Of a stretch of DNA of 64,000 nt, positions 9,027-18,544 are shown piece after piece. Each line of letters starts with the position of its first letter. Position 1 is the first letter of the stretch. A program made the position numbers and the translations under genes. Origin of the DNA: Eubacteriales bacterium (GTDB taxonomy: Bacteria; Bacillota; Clostridia; Oscillospirales; QAKW01); contig JAZOSU010000035.1 of the NCBI GenBank assembly GCA_045657265.1, positions 66,777 to 130,776 on the forward strand, written 5' to 3'. Under the pieces are notes generated by a model. The model was not told where the DNA came from. It was given only the letters and a program-made list of their open reading frames with translations, and ran no database searches.

Positions 9027-10151
9027 ATGCGTTTTAACTGTCAGAAAGATAAGCTCAATGAAGCTGTAAATATAGTTTCAAAAGCTGCGTCTGTAAAATC
9101 TACAATTTCAGCTCTTGAAGGAATTAAAGCCGAAGTAGGAGACGGACTTATAAAACTGTCTGCATATGATTTTAACGTTGCTATTTGTTCTACATTTGAA
9201 GCAAATACCGTAGAGTCAGGTACAATTATTTTTCCTGCAAAGCTTTTTGCAGATATTATCAGAAAACTTCCAAATGACGATATATTTGTTGAAGCTGATG
9301 AAAAATATCAGATAAAAGTAAGCTGTGCCGGCGCTACATTTAATATTATGGGTGTATCACCCGAAGATTTTCCCGAAATTCCTAAAGTTTCGGATGAAAA
9401 CAGGGTAGACCTGTCTATTCCTGCTTTTAAAAGACTTGTAAAACAGACAGTATATGCAGCATCTACTCTTGATATAAAACCTATTCTTACAGGTATCCTT
9501 TTTGAAATAAACGATGAGGAAAGCAGTGTAACTGCAGTTGGTGTTGACCAGTACCGCCTTGCTCTCAAAAAAGAAAGCTTTGAATATAAAAGCGGTAATA
9601 TGAAAACCTTTATAGTTCCTGCAAAAACTCTCAACGAGCTTATAAAGATTCTTCCTGAAGAAAGCGATTCAAATATAAGTATAAGCGTTTTTGGTAAAAA
9701 CGTTATGTTTACATATGAAAACTTTGTATTTATTTCAAGAACTCTTGAAGGTGAGTTTTTGAATTACAAAGGTGTAATTCCTCAGGACAGTGATTTTATT
9801 GTCAAAATCAAAAGAGGCGAAATGAGAGCTATGCTTGACAGAGCGGCGCTTATTACAAGTAATGCAATTAAAAGTCCTATCCGCTGTGATTTTGAGCTTG
9901 ATACAGTTAAAATTTCAACAGCATCAAATATAGGTAAATTTACAGACAGAATTTCAACCGAAAACTTCGGCAAAAGCCTTACAATAGGTTTTAATAATAA
10001 ATTTATGCTTGATGCCCTTTCTGCATGTGACGAAGAAGAAGTTGTAATAAAACTCAAATCTGAGCTTACACCAATTCTTATTGAGCCTGTAAACAACGAC
10101 GGATTTTTGTTTATGGTACTTCCCATGCGTCTTAATCTTGATCTGCAATGA
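9027..10151 (+). CDS. dnaN: DNA polymerase III beta sliding clamp
   Basis: 374 aa; position between dnaA and recF; three-domain clamp-like sequence ending LFMVLPMRL. Confidence 0.95.
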   Translation: MRFNCQKDKLNEAVNIVSKAASVKSTISALEGIKAEVGDGLIKLSAYDFNVAICSTFEANTVESGTIIFPAKLFADIIRKLPNDDIFVEADEKYQIKVSCAGATFNIMGVSPEDFPEIPKVSDENRVDLSIPAFKRLVKQTVYAASTLDIKPILTGILFEINDEESSVTAVGVDQYRLALKKESFEYKSGNMKTFIVPAKTLNELIKILPEESDSNISISVFGKNVMFTYENFVFISRTLEGEFLNYKGVIPQDSDFIVKIKRGEMRAMLDRAALITSNAIKSPIRCDFELDTVKISTASNIGKFTDRISTENFGKSLTIGFNNKFMLDALSACDEEEVVIKLKSELTPILIEPVNNDGFLFMVLPMRLNLDLQ

Positions 10152-11233
10152 TTTTAAAATCAGTTACTCTTAAAAATTTCCGTAATATAGAAGCTCAGAA
10201 AATTGAGTTTACAGAAGGAATAAACATTCTTGTAGGTCAGAACGCTCAGGGTAAAACCAATATACTGGAAGCTATCAATTATTGTTCATATCTTAAAAGT
10301 TTCCGAAACGTAAAAGAAGAACAGCTTATAAGATTCGGATGCGACTGTGCAAATGTCAGAATTGATTATGAAATGGAAAATATTCCTCAGAGTATCGAAG
10401 TAACCATTTTTAAAGATAAACCCAAGGAACTTAAAAAAAATGGTATTACGGTACAGAAAAACAGGGAGCTTATAGGTTCTTTTTTGTCAACGGTGTTTAC
10501 CCCCGACCATCTTAATCTTATAAAAGAGGGACCAAATAAACGCAGAAACTTTATTGATATGTTAATCTGCGCCCTTGATATTAAATATACCGATACTTTG
10601 CTTCGGTATCAGAAAATTCTGTCGCAGAGAAATGCTCTTTTGAAAAAACAGAAAACAGGTATTGAACCGCTTTTGGAAGTTTATGATGAAAAACTTGCAG
10701 AGGAAGGTTCATATATAGCTCTTAAAAGAGCGGAATATATAGAAAAACTTGATTTTTTTGCAAAAGAAATATTTTCTGATATTTCAGGTAAAACAAAAAA
10801 ACTGAAAATTTTGTATATTAATCAGTTTGCAAAAGAGATAAAAGACAGAGAAACTGTTAAAAATCAGATAAAACAAAGACTGCAAAAAAGCAGAAATGCA
10901 GATTATTCCCTTGAAATGACTACTTGCGGTATTCAAAAAGACGATATTCTTGTTTTGCAAAACGGAAAAAGTCTTAAGTTTTTTGGTTCGCAAGGTCAGA
11001 TAAGAAGCGCGGTTTTATCTCTTATTTTGGCAGAAGGTAAAATAATAAACGAAAGATACGGAGTGTATCCGGTAATAATTCTTGACGATATTTTATCCGA
11101 GCTTGACAGAACCCGTCAAAAGTATATTTTCAGCGGTGAAGGAGTCTGTCAATGTCTTCTTTCCACCTGTGAAATTATGAAAGCAAGAGGAAAAGGAAAT
11201 ATCATAAAGATAAAAGAAGGAAGGATAGTTTAA
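10148..11233 (+). CDS. recF: DNA replication and repair protein RecF
   Basis: Walker A GQNAQGKTNILEA; signature FGSQGQIRS; Walker B VIILDDILSELD; ATGA overlap with dnaN. Confidence 0.95.
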   Translation: MILKSVTLKNFRNIEAQKIEFTEGINILVGQNAQGKTNILEAINYCSYLKSFRNVKEEQLIRFGCDCANVRIDYEMENIPQSIEVTIFKDKPKELKKNGITVQKNRELIGSFLSTVFTPDHLNLIKEGPNKRRNFIDMLICALDIKYTDTLLRYQKILSQRNALLKKQKTGIEPLLEVYDEKLAEEGSYIALKRAEYIEKLDFFAKEIFSDISGKTKKLKILYINQFAKEIKDRETVKNQIKQRLQKSRNADYSLEMTTCGIQKDDILVLQNGKSLKFFGSQGQIRSAVLSLILAEGKIINERYGVYPVIILDDILSELDRTRQKYIFSGEGVCQCLLSTCEIMKARGKGNIIKIKEGRIV

Positions 11234-11238
11234 AGAGA

Positions 11239-11502
11239 ATGTATCTGCATCTCGGAAACGATCTTATTATTAAAAAAGAAGGTATAATCGGTATTTACGA
11301 TATAGATAAAACTACCATTTCAAAAAGAACGAGAGATTTTCTTTCGGCTTTTGAAAAAAAAGGCAGACTTATATATTGTACCGATGACCTGCCCAAATCC
11401 TTCATTGTATATGACGACGGCGAGGGACTGTGGGTTTACGTATCGCAAATTTCAACAACTACACTTTTAAAACGAAGTGATTTTCTAAAGAATATCGGTT
11501 AA
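11239..11502 (+). CDS. remB: DUF370 protein (RemB/YaaB-like)
   Basis: 87 aa, in the conserved recF-gyrB slot; [20 protein letters not shown] resembles the DUF370 family. Confidence 0.75.
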   Translation: MYLHLGNDLIIKKEGIIGIYDIDKTTISKRTRDFLSAFEKKGRLIYCTDDLPKSFIVYDDGEGLWVYVSQISTTTLLKRSDFLKNIG

Positions 11503-11519
11503 GCGATAAGGAGAAAAAA

Positions 11520-13436
11520 ATGTCAGAACAAACCAAAGTAACGACAAATTATGACGAAAACCAGATACAGGTACTGGAAGGACTTGAAGCTGTAAGAAAA
11601 CGTCCGGGTATGTATATCGGTTCAACATCTGCAAGAGGTCTTCATCATCTTGTTTATGAGATTCTTGATAACTCTATTGACGAAAGTCTTGCAGGTTACT
11701 GTGACCATATCAAAGTAAGAATTCTTCCAGATAACGTAATCGAAGTAGAAGACAACGGACGCGGTATACCTGTGGGTATTAATAAAAAACACGGTGTACC
11801 TGCCGTAACTCTCGTATTTACCGTGCTTCACGCAGGCGGTAAATTCGGCGGCGGCGGTTATAAAGTGTCAGGCGGTCTTCACGGTGTTGGCGCATCTGTT
11901 GTTAATGCTCTTTCACAGTGGCTTGAAGTTGAAGTATCTGACGGTAAAAACGTTCATTTTCAGCGTTATGAACGCGGTAAAATAATGAACGAGCTTAAAG
12001 TTATCGGCAATACTGACAAAACAGGTACAAAGGTACGTTTCTTAGCTGACGACGAAATATTTGAAACACTGGAATATGAATATGAAATTCTTTTAAAACG
12101 TATTCGTGAACAGGCATTTTTGAACGCAGGTCTTACCATTGAATTTTCAGATGAGCGAGTAGCTCCTGCAAAATCTAAAAAAATGTGTTACGAGGGCGGT
12201 ATTGCAAGTTTTGTTGAGTATATCAACAAAAACAAAGAACTCACACACGAAGACGTTATATTTATGAGCGGTGAGAAAAACGGCGTTATGGCTGAGATTG
12301 CTATTCAGTATACAAACCGTTATGACGAAACACTCGTTTCTTTTGCAAATAACATTCATACCGTTGACGGCGGTACTCACGAAACAGGTTTCAAAACCTC
12401 TCTTACAAGAAACATAAACGCTTATGCACGTAAAAAGAATATCCTTAAAGAAAAAGACGATAATCTTTCTTCAGATGACGTAAGAGAAGGACTTACTGCT
12501 ATTGTTTCGGTTAAAGTAGGGGAAGCACAGTTTGAGGGTCAGACCAAAACAAAACTCGGTAACTCCGAGGTAACAGGTGTTGTTTCTTCACTTATGAACG
12601 AAAAACTCACCGAATATTTTGAAGAAAATCCAAAAGTTGCAAAAACAATTATAGAAAAAGCATTCAACGCATCAAGAGCGAGAGAAGCCGCAAGAAAAGC
12701 AAGAGAAACCGCAAGAAAGAGCGCTCTTTCAGGCACAACCTCACTTCCGGGTAAACTTGCCGACTGTCAGCTCCGCGATAATCAGTTTACTGAAATATAT
12801 ATCGTCGAGGGTGACTCTGCGGGCGGTTCTGCAAAAGAAGGCAGAGACAGACGTTTTCAGGCTATTTTACCGCTTTGGGGTAAAATGCTCAACGTTGAAA
12901 AAACAAGAATTGACAAGGTTTACGGAAACGATAAGCTTCAGCCTGTAATTACAGCGCTTGGAACAAATATCGGACCTGATTTTGATATTGAAAAACTCCG
13001 TTACGGTAAAGTTATTATTATGGCCGATGCCGACGTTGACGGTTCTCATATCAGAGTACTTCTTCTTACATTCTTTTTCAGATTTATGCGTCCTCTGATT
13101 GAGGAAGGACACGTATATCTTGCTCAGCCACCTCTTTATAAGATAATGAAATCCAAAAAAGATTATTATGCATATACAGATGCAGAGCGTGACAGAATTC
13201 TCGCCGAAATAGGTGAGGGCGCAACTGTTCAGAGATATAAAGGTCTTGGTGAAATGAACCCTGAACAGCTTTGGGAAACTACAATGGATCCTACAAGACG
13301 TACAATAGTTAAAGTAACAATGGAAGATGCAGTTCTTGCTGATCAGATATTTACTGTATGTATGGGCGGAGAGGTCGAACCCAGACGTGAGTTTATTGAA
13401 CAAAACGCACAGTACGTTAAGAATCTTGACATTTAA
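11520..13436 (+). CDS. gyrB: DNA gyrase subunit B
   Basis: GHKL ATPase motifs ([24 protein letters not shown]); Toprim [14 protein letters not shown]; PLWGK. Confidence 0.97.
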   Translation: MSEQTKVTTNYDENQIQVLEGLEAVRKRPGMYIGSTSARGLHHLVYEILDNSIDESLAGYCDHIKVRILPDNVIEVEDNGRGIPVGINKKHGVPAVTLVFTVLHAGGKFGGGGYKVSGGLHGVGASVVNALSQWLEVEVSDGKNVHFQRYERGKIMNELKVIGNTDKTGTKVRFLADDEIFETLEYEYEILLKRIREQAFLNAGLTIEFSDERVAPAKSKKMCYEGGIASFVEYINKNKELTHEDVIFMSGEKNGVMAEIAIQYTNRYDETLVSFANNIHTVDGGTHETGFKTSLTRNINAYARKKNILKEKDDNLSSDDVREGLTAIVSVKVGEAQFEGQTKTKLGNSEVTGVVSSLMNEKLTEYFEENPKVAKTIIEKAFNASRAREAARKARETARKSALSGTTSLPGKLADCQLRDNQFTEIYIVEGDSAGGSAKEGRDRRFQAILPLWGKMLNVEKTRIDKVYGNDKLQPVITALGTNIGPDFDIEKLRYGKVIIMADADVDGSHIRVLLLTFFFRFMRPLIEEGHVYLAQPPLYKIMKSKKDYYAYTDAERDRILAEIGEGATVQRYKGLGEMNPEQLWETTMDPTRRTIVKVTMEDAVLADQIFTVCMGGEVEPRREFIEQNAQYVKNLDI

Positions 13437-13448
13437 TAGGTGAACAAA

Positions 13449-15947
13449 ATGGAAGAAATAAAACACAGCAGTGAAATAAATTTCGAGGGCCAGAAAGTCA
13501 TCGAAATTGATGTTGAAAAAGAAGTACGCGGCGCGTTTATTGACTATGCAATGAGTGTTATTACAGCCCGTGCTCTTCCCGACGTACGTGACGGTCTTAA
13601 ACCTGTTCACAGACGTATTCTTTATACAATGTACGAAGCTAACCTCACTCCTGACAAACCTTACAGAAAATCTGTTACAACCGTCGGTGACGTGCTTGGT
13701 CATTACCACCCTCACGGTGACGCTTCTGTTTACGATGCAATGGTTCGTCTTGCGCAGAAGTTCTCTCTTCGTTATCCTTTGGTAGACGGTCAGGGTAACT
13801 TCGGTTCAATTGACGGTGACCCGCCTGCTGCTTACCGTTATACCGAAGCAAGAATGAAAAAGATTGCTCTTGAAATGCTTACTGATATCAAAAAAGATAC
13901 AGTAGACTTTATGCCAAACTTCGACGATAAAGACGAAGAACCTACCGTTCTTCCTGCGCGTTTTCCAAACCTTCTTGTAAACGGTTCGTCAGGTATCGCC
14001 GTTGGTATGGCAACCGAAATTCCCCCTCATAATCTTTCTGAGGTAATTGACGGTACTATTGCTCTTATGGACAACCCCGATATTGATATTGACGGACTTA
14101 TGGAATACATTCAGGGTCCCGACTATCCTACAGGCGCTGTTATTATGGGCAAAACAGGTATCAGAAACGCTTATAAAACAGGTCGCGGTAAAATCTATGT
14201 CCGCGCAAAGAGTGAGATTGAAGAATATAAAGAGGGCAGATTCCGTATTGTTGTAACCGAAATACCTTATATGGTAAGAAAAGCCGCTCTTATTGAAAAA
14301 ATTGCCGACGAAATCAAAGGCGAGAGAATTATCGGTATATCCGATATCCGTGACGAGTCTGATCAGGACGGTCTTCGTTTTGTTATCGAGCTTAAAAAAG
14401 AGGCAAATCCACAGGTTGTTTTAAATCAGCTTTACAAGTATACCGATATGCAGTCAACCTGTTCGGCTATTATGATAGCTCTCGTTGGCGGTGTTCCGAA
14501 AGTTCTCAATCTTAAAGAAATTCTTACAGAATACATAAAACATCAGCGTGAGGTTATTATAAGACGTACCAAGTTTGATATTGCCAAAGCAGAAGCAAGA
14601 GCTCATATCCTTGAAGGTCTTATAAAAGCTATCGACTATATTGACGAAGTTATTGAAATAATCAAAAAGAGTAAATCAATTCCCGATGCAAAAGCTGCTC
14701 TTATGGAACGTTTCGAGCTTGACGATCCGCAGTCACAGGCTATTGTTGATATGCGTCTGGGTCAGCTTGCAGGTCTCGAACGTGACAAGATAGAAAATGA
14801 GTTTAAAGAACTTACAGATAAAATCGCCGACTGGAAAGACATTATTGCTCATATCGAAAGAGTTGACGAGATTATCAAAAATGACCTTAACGAAATCAAA
14901 CGTAAATACGGTGATGCAAGACGTACCGAAATCGGTATCGGTGATATCGGTCTTGAAGACGAAGACCTTATTCCTGTTGAAGACTGCGTGTTTACTCTTA
15001 CAAATGCAGGTTACGTTAAACGTATGCTTACAAGCGAGTATAAGAGTCAGCACAGAGGCGGTGTAGGCGTTAAAGGCGTTGCAACCAAACAGGAAGACAT
15101 TGTTCGTCAGATGTTTGTTGCTTCAACCCACGATAATATTATTTTCTTTACAAACCTTGGCAGAGCTTACAGAATCAAAGGCTATGAAGTTGCAGAATGT
15201 TCAAGAACCGCAAAAGGTACAAACGCTGTTAACATTATTCCTCTTATGGCAGGGGAAAAGGTTACTGCAATGATTAAAGTAAAAGAGTTCGTCGAGGGTG
15301 ATTACCTTGTAATCGGTACTAAAAACGGTATTATTAAAAAGACTTCTATTATGGACTATGCAAATATCCGTAAGACAGGTGTTATTGCTATCGTAATAGA
15401 CGAGGATGACGAGCTTCAGTCAGCTCATAAGACAACGGGCGACGATTATATTATGATTTCTACCCATAACGGTAAAGCTATCAAGTTCAGCGAGAACGAT
15501 GTTCGTCCTATGGGCAGAGTTACAAGAGGTGTGCGCGGTATCAAGCTTGAAGACGATGATTTTGTTGTTGGTATCAGCGTAACTTCAGACGAGGCAACAC
15601 TTCTTTCTATAACCGAAAACGGTTACGGAAAACGTACCGCAATTTCTGACTACAGAGTACAGACAAGAGGCGGTAAAGGTGTTACTAACTATAACATTTC
15701 CGAAAAAACAGGTAAAATCGCAGCAGTTTCAGTTGTTGACGATAACAGCGATATTCTTATCGTTACATCAGGGGGTATAGTTCTTCGTACTCCTGCAGAC
15801 GAGATTAACGTTCTTCGCAGAACAACACAGGGCGTAAGAATAGTTAAACTTGCCGAATCTGTCAAAGTTATTGATATGACGGTAACCGAAAAAGAAGAAG
15901 AGCAGCAAGAAACTGAAGAAATTGCACAGCAACCTGCACAAGAATAA
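13449..15947 (+). CDS. gyrA: DNA gyrase subunit A
   Basis: DGLKPVHRR; HPHGD; active-site [13 protein letters not shown] 13449 follows AGGTGA; the track GTG at 13440 is the alternative. Acidic C-terminal tail. Confidence 0.97.
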   Translation: MEEIKHSSEINFEGQKVIEIDVEKEVRGAFIDYAMSVITARALPDVRDGLKPVHRRILYTMYEANLTPDKPYRKSVTTVGDVLGHYHPHGDASVYDAMVRLAQKFSLRYPLVDGQGNFGSIDGDPPAAYRYTEARMKKIALEMLTDIKKDTVDFMPNFDDKDEEPTVLPARFPNLLVNGSSGIAVGMATEIPPHNLSEVIDGTIALMDNPDIDIDGLMEYIQGPDYPTGAVIMGKTGIRNAYKTGRGKIYVRAKSEIEEYKEGRFRIVVTEIPYMVRKAALIEKIADEIKGERIIGISDIRDESDQDGLRFVIELKKEANPQVVLNQLYKYTDMQSTCSAIMIALVGGVPKVLNLKEILTEYIKHQREVIIRRTKFDIAKAEARAHILEGLIKAIDYIDEVIEIIKKSKSIPDAKAALMERFELDDPQSQAIVDMRLGQLAGLERDKIENEFKELTDKIADWKDIIAHIERVDEIIKNDLNEIKRKYGDARRTEIGIGDIGLEDEDLIPVEDCVFTLTNAGYVKRMLTSEYKSQHRGGVGVKGVATKQEDIVRQMFVASTHDNIIFFTNLGRAYRIKGYEVAECSRTAKGTNAVNIIPLMAGEKVTAMIKVKEFVEGDYLVIGTKNGIIKKTSIMDYANIRKTGVIAIVIDEDDELQSAHKTTGDDYIMISTHNGKAIKFSENDVRPMGRVTRGVRGIKLEDDDFVVGISVTSDEATLLSITENGYGKRTAISDYRVQTRGGKGVTNYNISEKTGKIAAVSVVDDNSDILIVTSGGIVLRTPADEINVLRRTTQGVRIVKLAESVKVIDMTVTEKEEEQQETEEIAQQPAQE

Positions 15948-15954
15948 TAAAATA

Positions 15955-15989
15955 AAATCTCTCAACTAAACAACGTTGAGAGATTTTTT
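15955..15989 (+). terminator. rho-independent terminator after gyrA
   Basis: AAATCTCTCAAC-taaacaac-GTTGAGAGATTTTTT. Confidence 0.85.
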
Positions 15990-16130
15990 AACTGCAAAAT
16001 ATATACTTATTGTATACTAAACACCGAAATATACAAAAAGTATATGAAAATGCGGTGTATTTTAGTAAAAACACACCGCAATGGAAATAAAGAGGCCTGA
16101 TTTTAAGGGGAAAGGTAATTGTTTGAAAAA

Positions 16131-16559
16131 TCAGGCAACTCGGGGCTGAGTTAATTTTCTACATATTGTAGAAAGTGTTTTAAGCGCTTTTTCTCTGTTC
16201 TGCTTTAACTGTCTGCGTCTGATGTCAAGAATCATTGCAATGCCTTTGCGGACATATTTATCATAGCAGCAGTTTTGCAGTTCGCTTACTGTTTTAAGTC
16301 CGTGTCTTTTAACGTCAAATCCTTGTTTTACAAACATAGATATAAGAGCAGGTACGTAATATCCTGAACGAAGGTTTCCGCCATAAAGACTGCAATATCC
16401 TTCAAAAACTATAGCGGCAACACATTCGCCGAATTCGTTAACTGCGTTTATATCTGCACCCATATCAAACAGTTTTGAAATACATCCGAAATCGGGCGTA
16501 TCTTTAACACATTCACTTATAAGCACTCTTTCAAGATTTCCAATTCTTTTTACAGTCAT
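16131..16559 (-). CDS. hypothetical protein (one ankyrin-like stretch)
   Basis: 142-aa ORF with RBS-like sequence upstream; GADINAVNEFGE resembles an ankyrin repeat turn; no other recognisable motif. Confidence 0.5.
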   Translation of the reverse strand: MTVKRIGNLERVLISECVKDTPDFGCISKLFDMGADINAVNEFGECVAAIVFEGYCSLYGGNLRSGYYVPALISMFVKQGFDVKRHGLKTVSELQNCCYDKYVRKGIAMILDIRRRQLKQNREKALKTLSTICRKLTQPRVA

Positions 16560-16637
16560 TTTAATTTACCTCCGTTTTTATTTTTGTGATTACATTATAC
16601 AAAGGTTACTGTCCAATAATGCGGACTTTGAAAAGAA

Positions 16638-17303
16638 TTATTCAGTTTGTTTCCGAAGACCTGTATCTGCTTTGAAACAGATGTACCAATCAAGGCAGTA
16701 GAGACCTTTTGATTCATTGTCGGATACAGATGACTGCGCCGCTTTTGTAGTTTTTGGGGGATATTCCAAAATATCGTCACCCGGTGTCCATCCTGCAGGG
16801 GAAAGACCGTTTTGCGCGTATGCAGTCTGCAAAGACAAAAGCTCACGTTCAATTTCGGTAACGTTAATGCCCATATTATGAGAATATTTATGGAAAGAGC
16901 GAATATTGCCCTCAGGGTCAATTATAATGACTGCTTTTTCGTTTAAATTATCGTCTTTATCAGTATTTGAAATTCCCAAATTTTCAGAAATGCTTAAATC
17001 TTTATCTGAAATGAGTTTTATATCCACGGGTTTTCCGTCTTTTTTAAGATTACGCAGGGAAAGGTCAAAGGCAATATGCGATGCAAGGGAATCAGTTGAC
17101 ATTGCGATTATTTCACTGCCATATGATTTGAACTTAGGCTGTTTTTTGTCAAGCTCCAATATATCGTAAGCGCTCGAGGGCAGAAAATCTCCCACGTAAA
17201 AATAAAGCACAGTCCAGATATCTTTGAAATCTTCGGGAAAATTAATGTCCCCTGCAGTTGACTGCGCGTAAAATACAGGCGCTTTTTGTCCTATTGTACT
17301 CAT
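16638..17303 (-). CDS. peroxiredoxin-fold protein (Prx6/archaeal-type homologue) lacking the peroxidatic Cys
   Basis: Colinear with 1-Cys/Prx6-type Prx, including C-terminal GWTPGDDIL.YPP and YCLDWYICFK. The active-site stretch reads FYVGDFLPSSAYD instead of HPxDFTPVCTTE. Confidence 0.7.
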   Translation of the reverse strand: MSTIGQKAPVFYAQSTAGDINFPEDFKDIWTVLYFYVGDFLPSSAYDILELDKKQPKFKSYGSEIIAMSTDSLASHIAFDLSLRNLKKDGKPVDIKLISDKDLSISENLGISNTDKDDNLNEKAVIIIDPEGNIRSFHKYSHNMGINVTEIERELLSLQTAYAQNGLSPAGWTPGDDILEYPPKTTKAAQSSVSDNESKGLYCLDWYICFKADTGLRKQTE

Positions 17304-17372
17304 TTATCATTCCTCCTGTTACTATACTATGAAATATTGCAAAACAGGTTGAATTATTGTATAATCATCATT

Positions 17373-18434
17373 ATGAAAGAAATATTTAAACTGAAAAGAT
17401 TATATTTATTGCTTCTTTATCCCATAACTGCAATTCTTATCATTGGGGCAAGACTTGGCAGCACGTGGGTTGAAAAGTTTTTCGTGCCTTTTGTGTATAA
17501 ACCCGTCTCATTTGTAATTGGATGGACTGTTTCCCTTGTTCCTTTTTCGGCAACTGAGTTACTTTTTGTGTTTTTGATAGCAGGAGCTGTCTTTTATATT
17601 ATAAAAATGTATAAAAAACCTCTCTTGATTGTCACAAATCTCCTTTGCGCAGGAGCGGTATGCCTGTTTTTGTTTGAGATATGTATGGGTCTTAACTATT
17701 ACAGAGCTGAGGCAAAAGAATATCTTGGGCTTGAAATCAGGGAAAGCACAGAAGATGAGCTGTATGACCTTTGTGTCATTCTTGCAAACGACTTAAAAGG
17801 CAGCGTTTCCAAAATGCAAAAAGACAGCGGCGGTGTCAGTAAACTGTCACAAAACTATCTGCAGACTGCTAAAATTGCAAAAGACTCATATAAAAAACTG
17901 TCACAAAAGTATACTTTTCTTAAAAGCGCAGACATTCGGTGCAAACCACTTATAAGCTCACGCATTTTTTCTTATTTTCTAACAACGGGGATATATATAC
18001 CTTATACATTTGAAAGTAATATAAACGTAGACGTGCCTGAGTTTACAATTCCTGCAACAATGTGCCATGAGCTGACACACTACCGCGGTTTTATGCGTGA
18101 GAATGAGGCTAATTTTTTAGGGTATCTTGCCTGTATGGAATCGGAAAACCCCGATTTTATATACAGCGCATCGCTTATGGCTTTCGGGTACGCTTTCCCG
18201 AAACTGTATGACCAGAACCCTGACCTTGCAAAAAAAGTGTCTGCAATACTCAAAGAGGATATCGTAACCGACCTTACCGCAGAAGATAATTACTGGGAAA
18301 AATTCAGAAACACTAAAGTCTCAGACGTATCAGATCAGGTATACGATTCATATCTCAATGCCAACGGACAAACGAACGGCACAAAATCCTACGGCGAGAT
18401 GGTTGATTTATTATTAGCATATTACAGAAACTGA
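17373..18434 (+). CDS. DUF3810-like membrane protein with HExxH metalloprotease motif
   Basis: Several N-terminal TM segments, then ATMCHELTHYRGFMRENEANFLGY. ATG 17373 avoids overlap with the convergent-upstream gene; the track start is 17286. Confidence 0.7.
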   Translation: MKEIFKLKRLYLLLLYPITAILIIGARLGSTWVEKFFVPFVYKPVSFVIGWTVSLVPFSATELLFVFLIAGAVFYIIKMYKKPLLIVTNLLCAGAVCLFLFEICMGLNYYRAEAKEYLGLEIRESTEDELYDLCVILANDLKGSVSKMQKDSGGVSKLSQNYLQTAKIAKDSYKKLSQKYTFLKSADIRCKPLISSRIFSYFLTTGIYIPYTFESNINVDVPEFTIPATMCHELTHYRGFMRENEANFLGYLACMESENPDFIYSASLMAFGYAFPKLYDQNPDLAKKVSAILKEDIVTDLTAEDNYWEKFRNTKVSDVSDQVYDSYLNANGQTNGTKSYGEMVDLLLAYYRN

Positions 18435-18465
18435 AAAATTCAATTTGTCCTGTCTTCTAACTGAA

Positions 18466-18531
18466 AAAATCTCTCAATATATTGTTATAATGAAAACTTT
18501 CTGTCAACAATATTTTTGAGAGATTATTTTT
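18466..18531 (+). promoter_or_regulatory. long inverted repeat enclosing an extended -10 promoter, upstream of clpC
   Basis: AAAATCTCTCAATATATTGTT ... AACAATATTTTTGAGAGATT followed by a T run. TGtTATAAT at 18483-18491 lies in the loop. Confidence 0.45.
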
Positions 18532-18544
18532 TGAGGTTCAGATT

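Noticed and set aside
12867-13715. 282-aa minus-strand ORF in the track
   Set aside because: It is entirely antisense to the strongly supported gyrB/gyrA genes. The protein is low-complexity and rich in F/I/C/N, typical of an antisense frame in AT-rich coding DNA.
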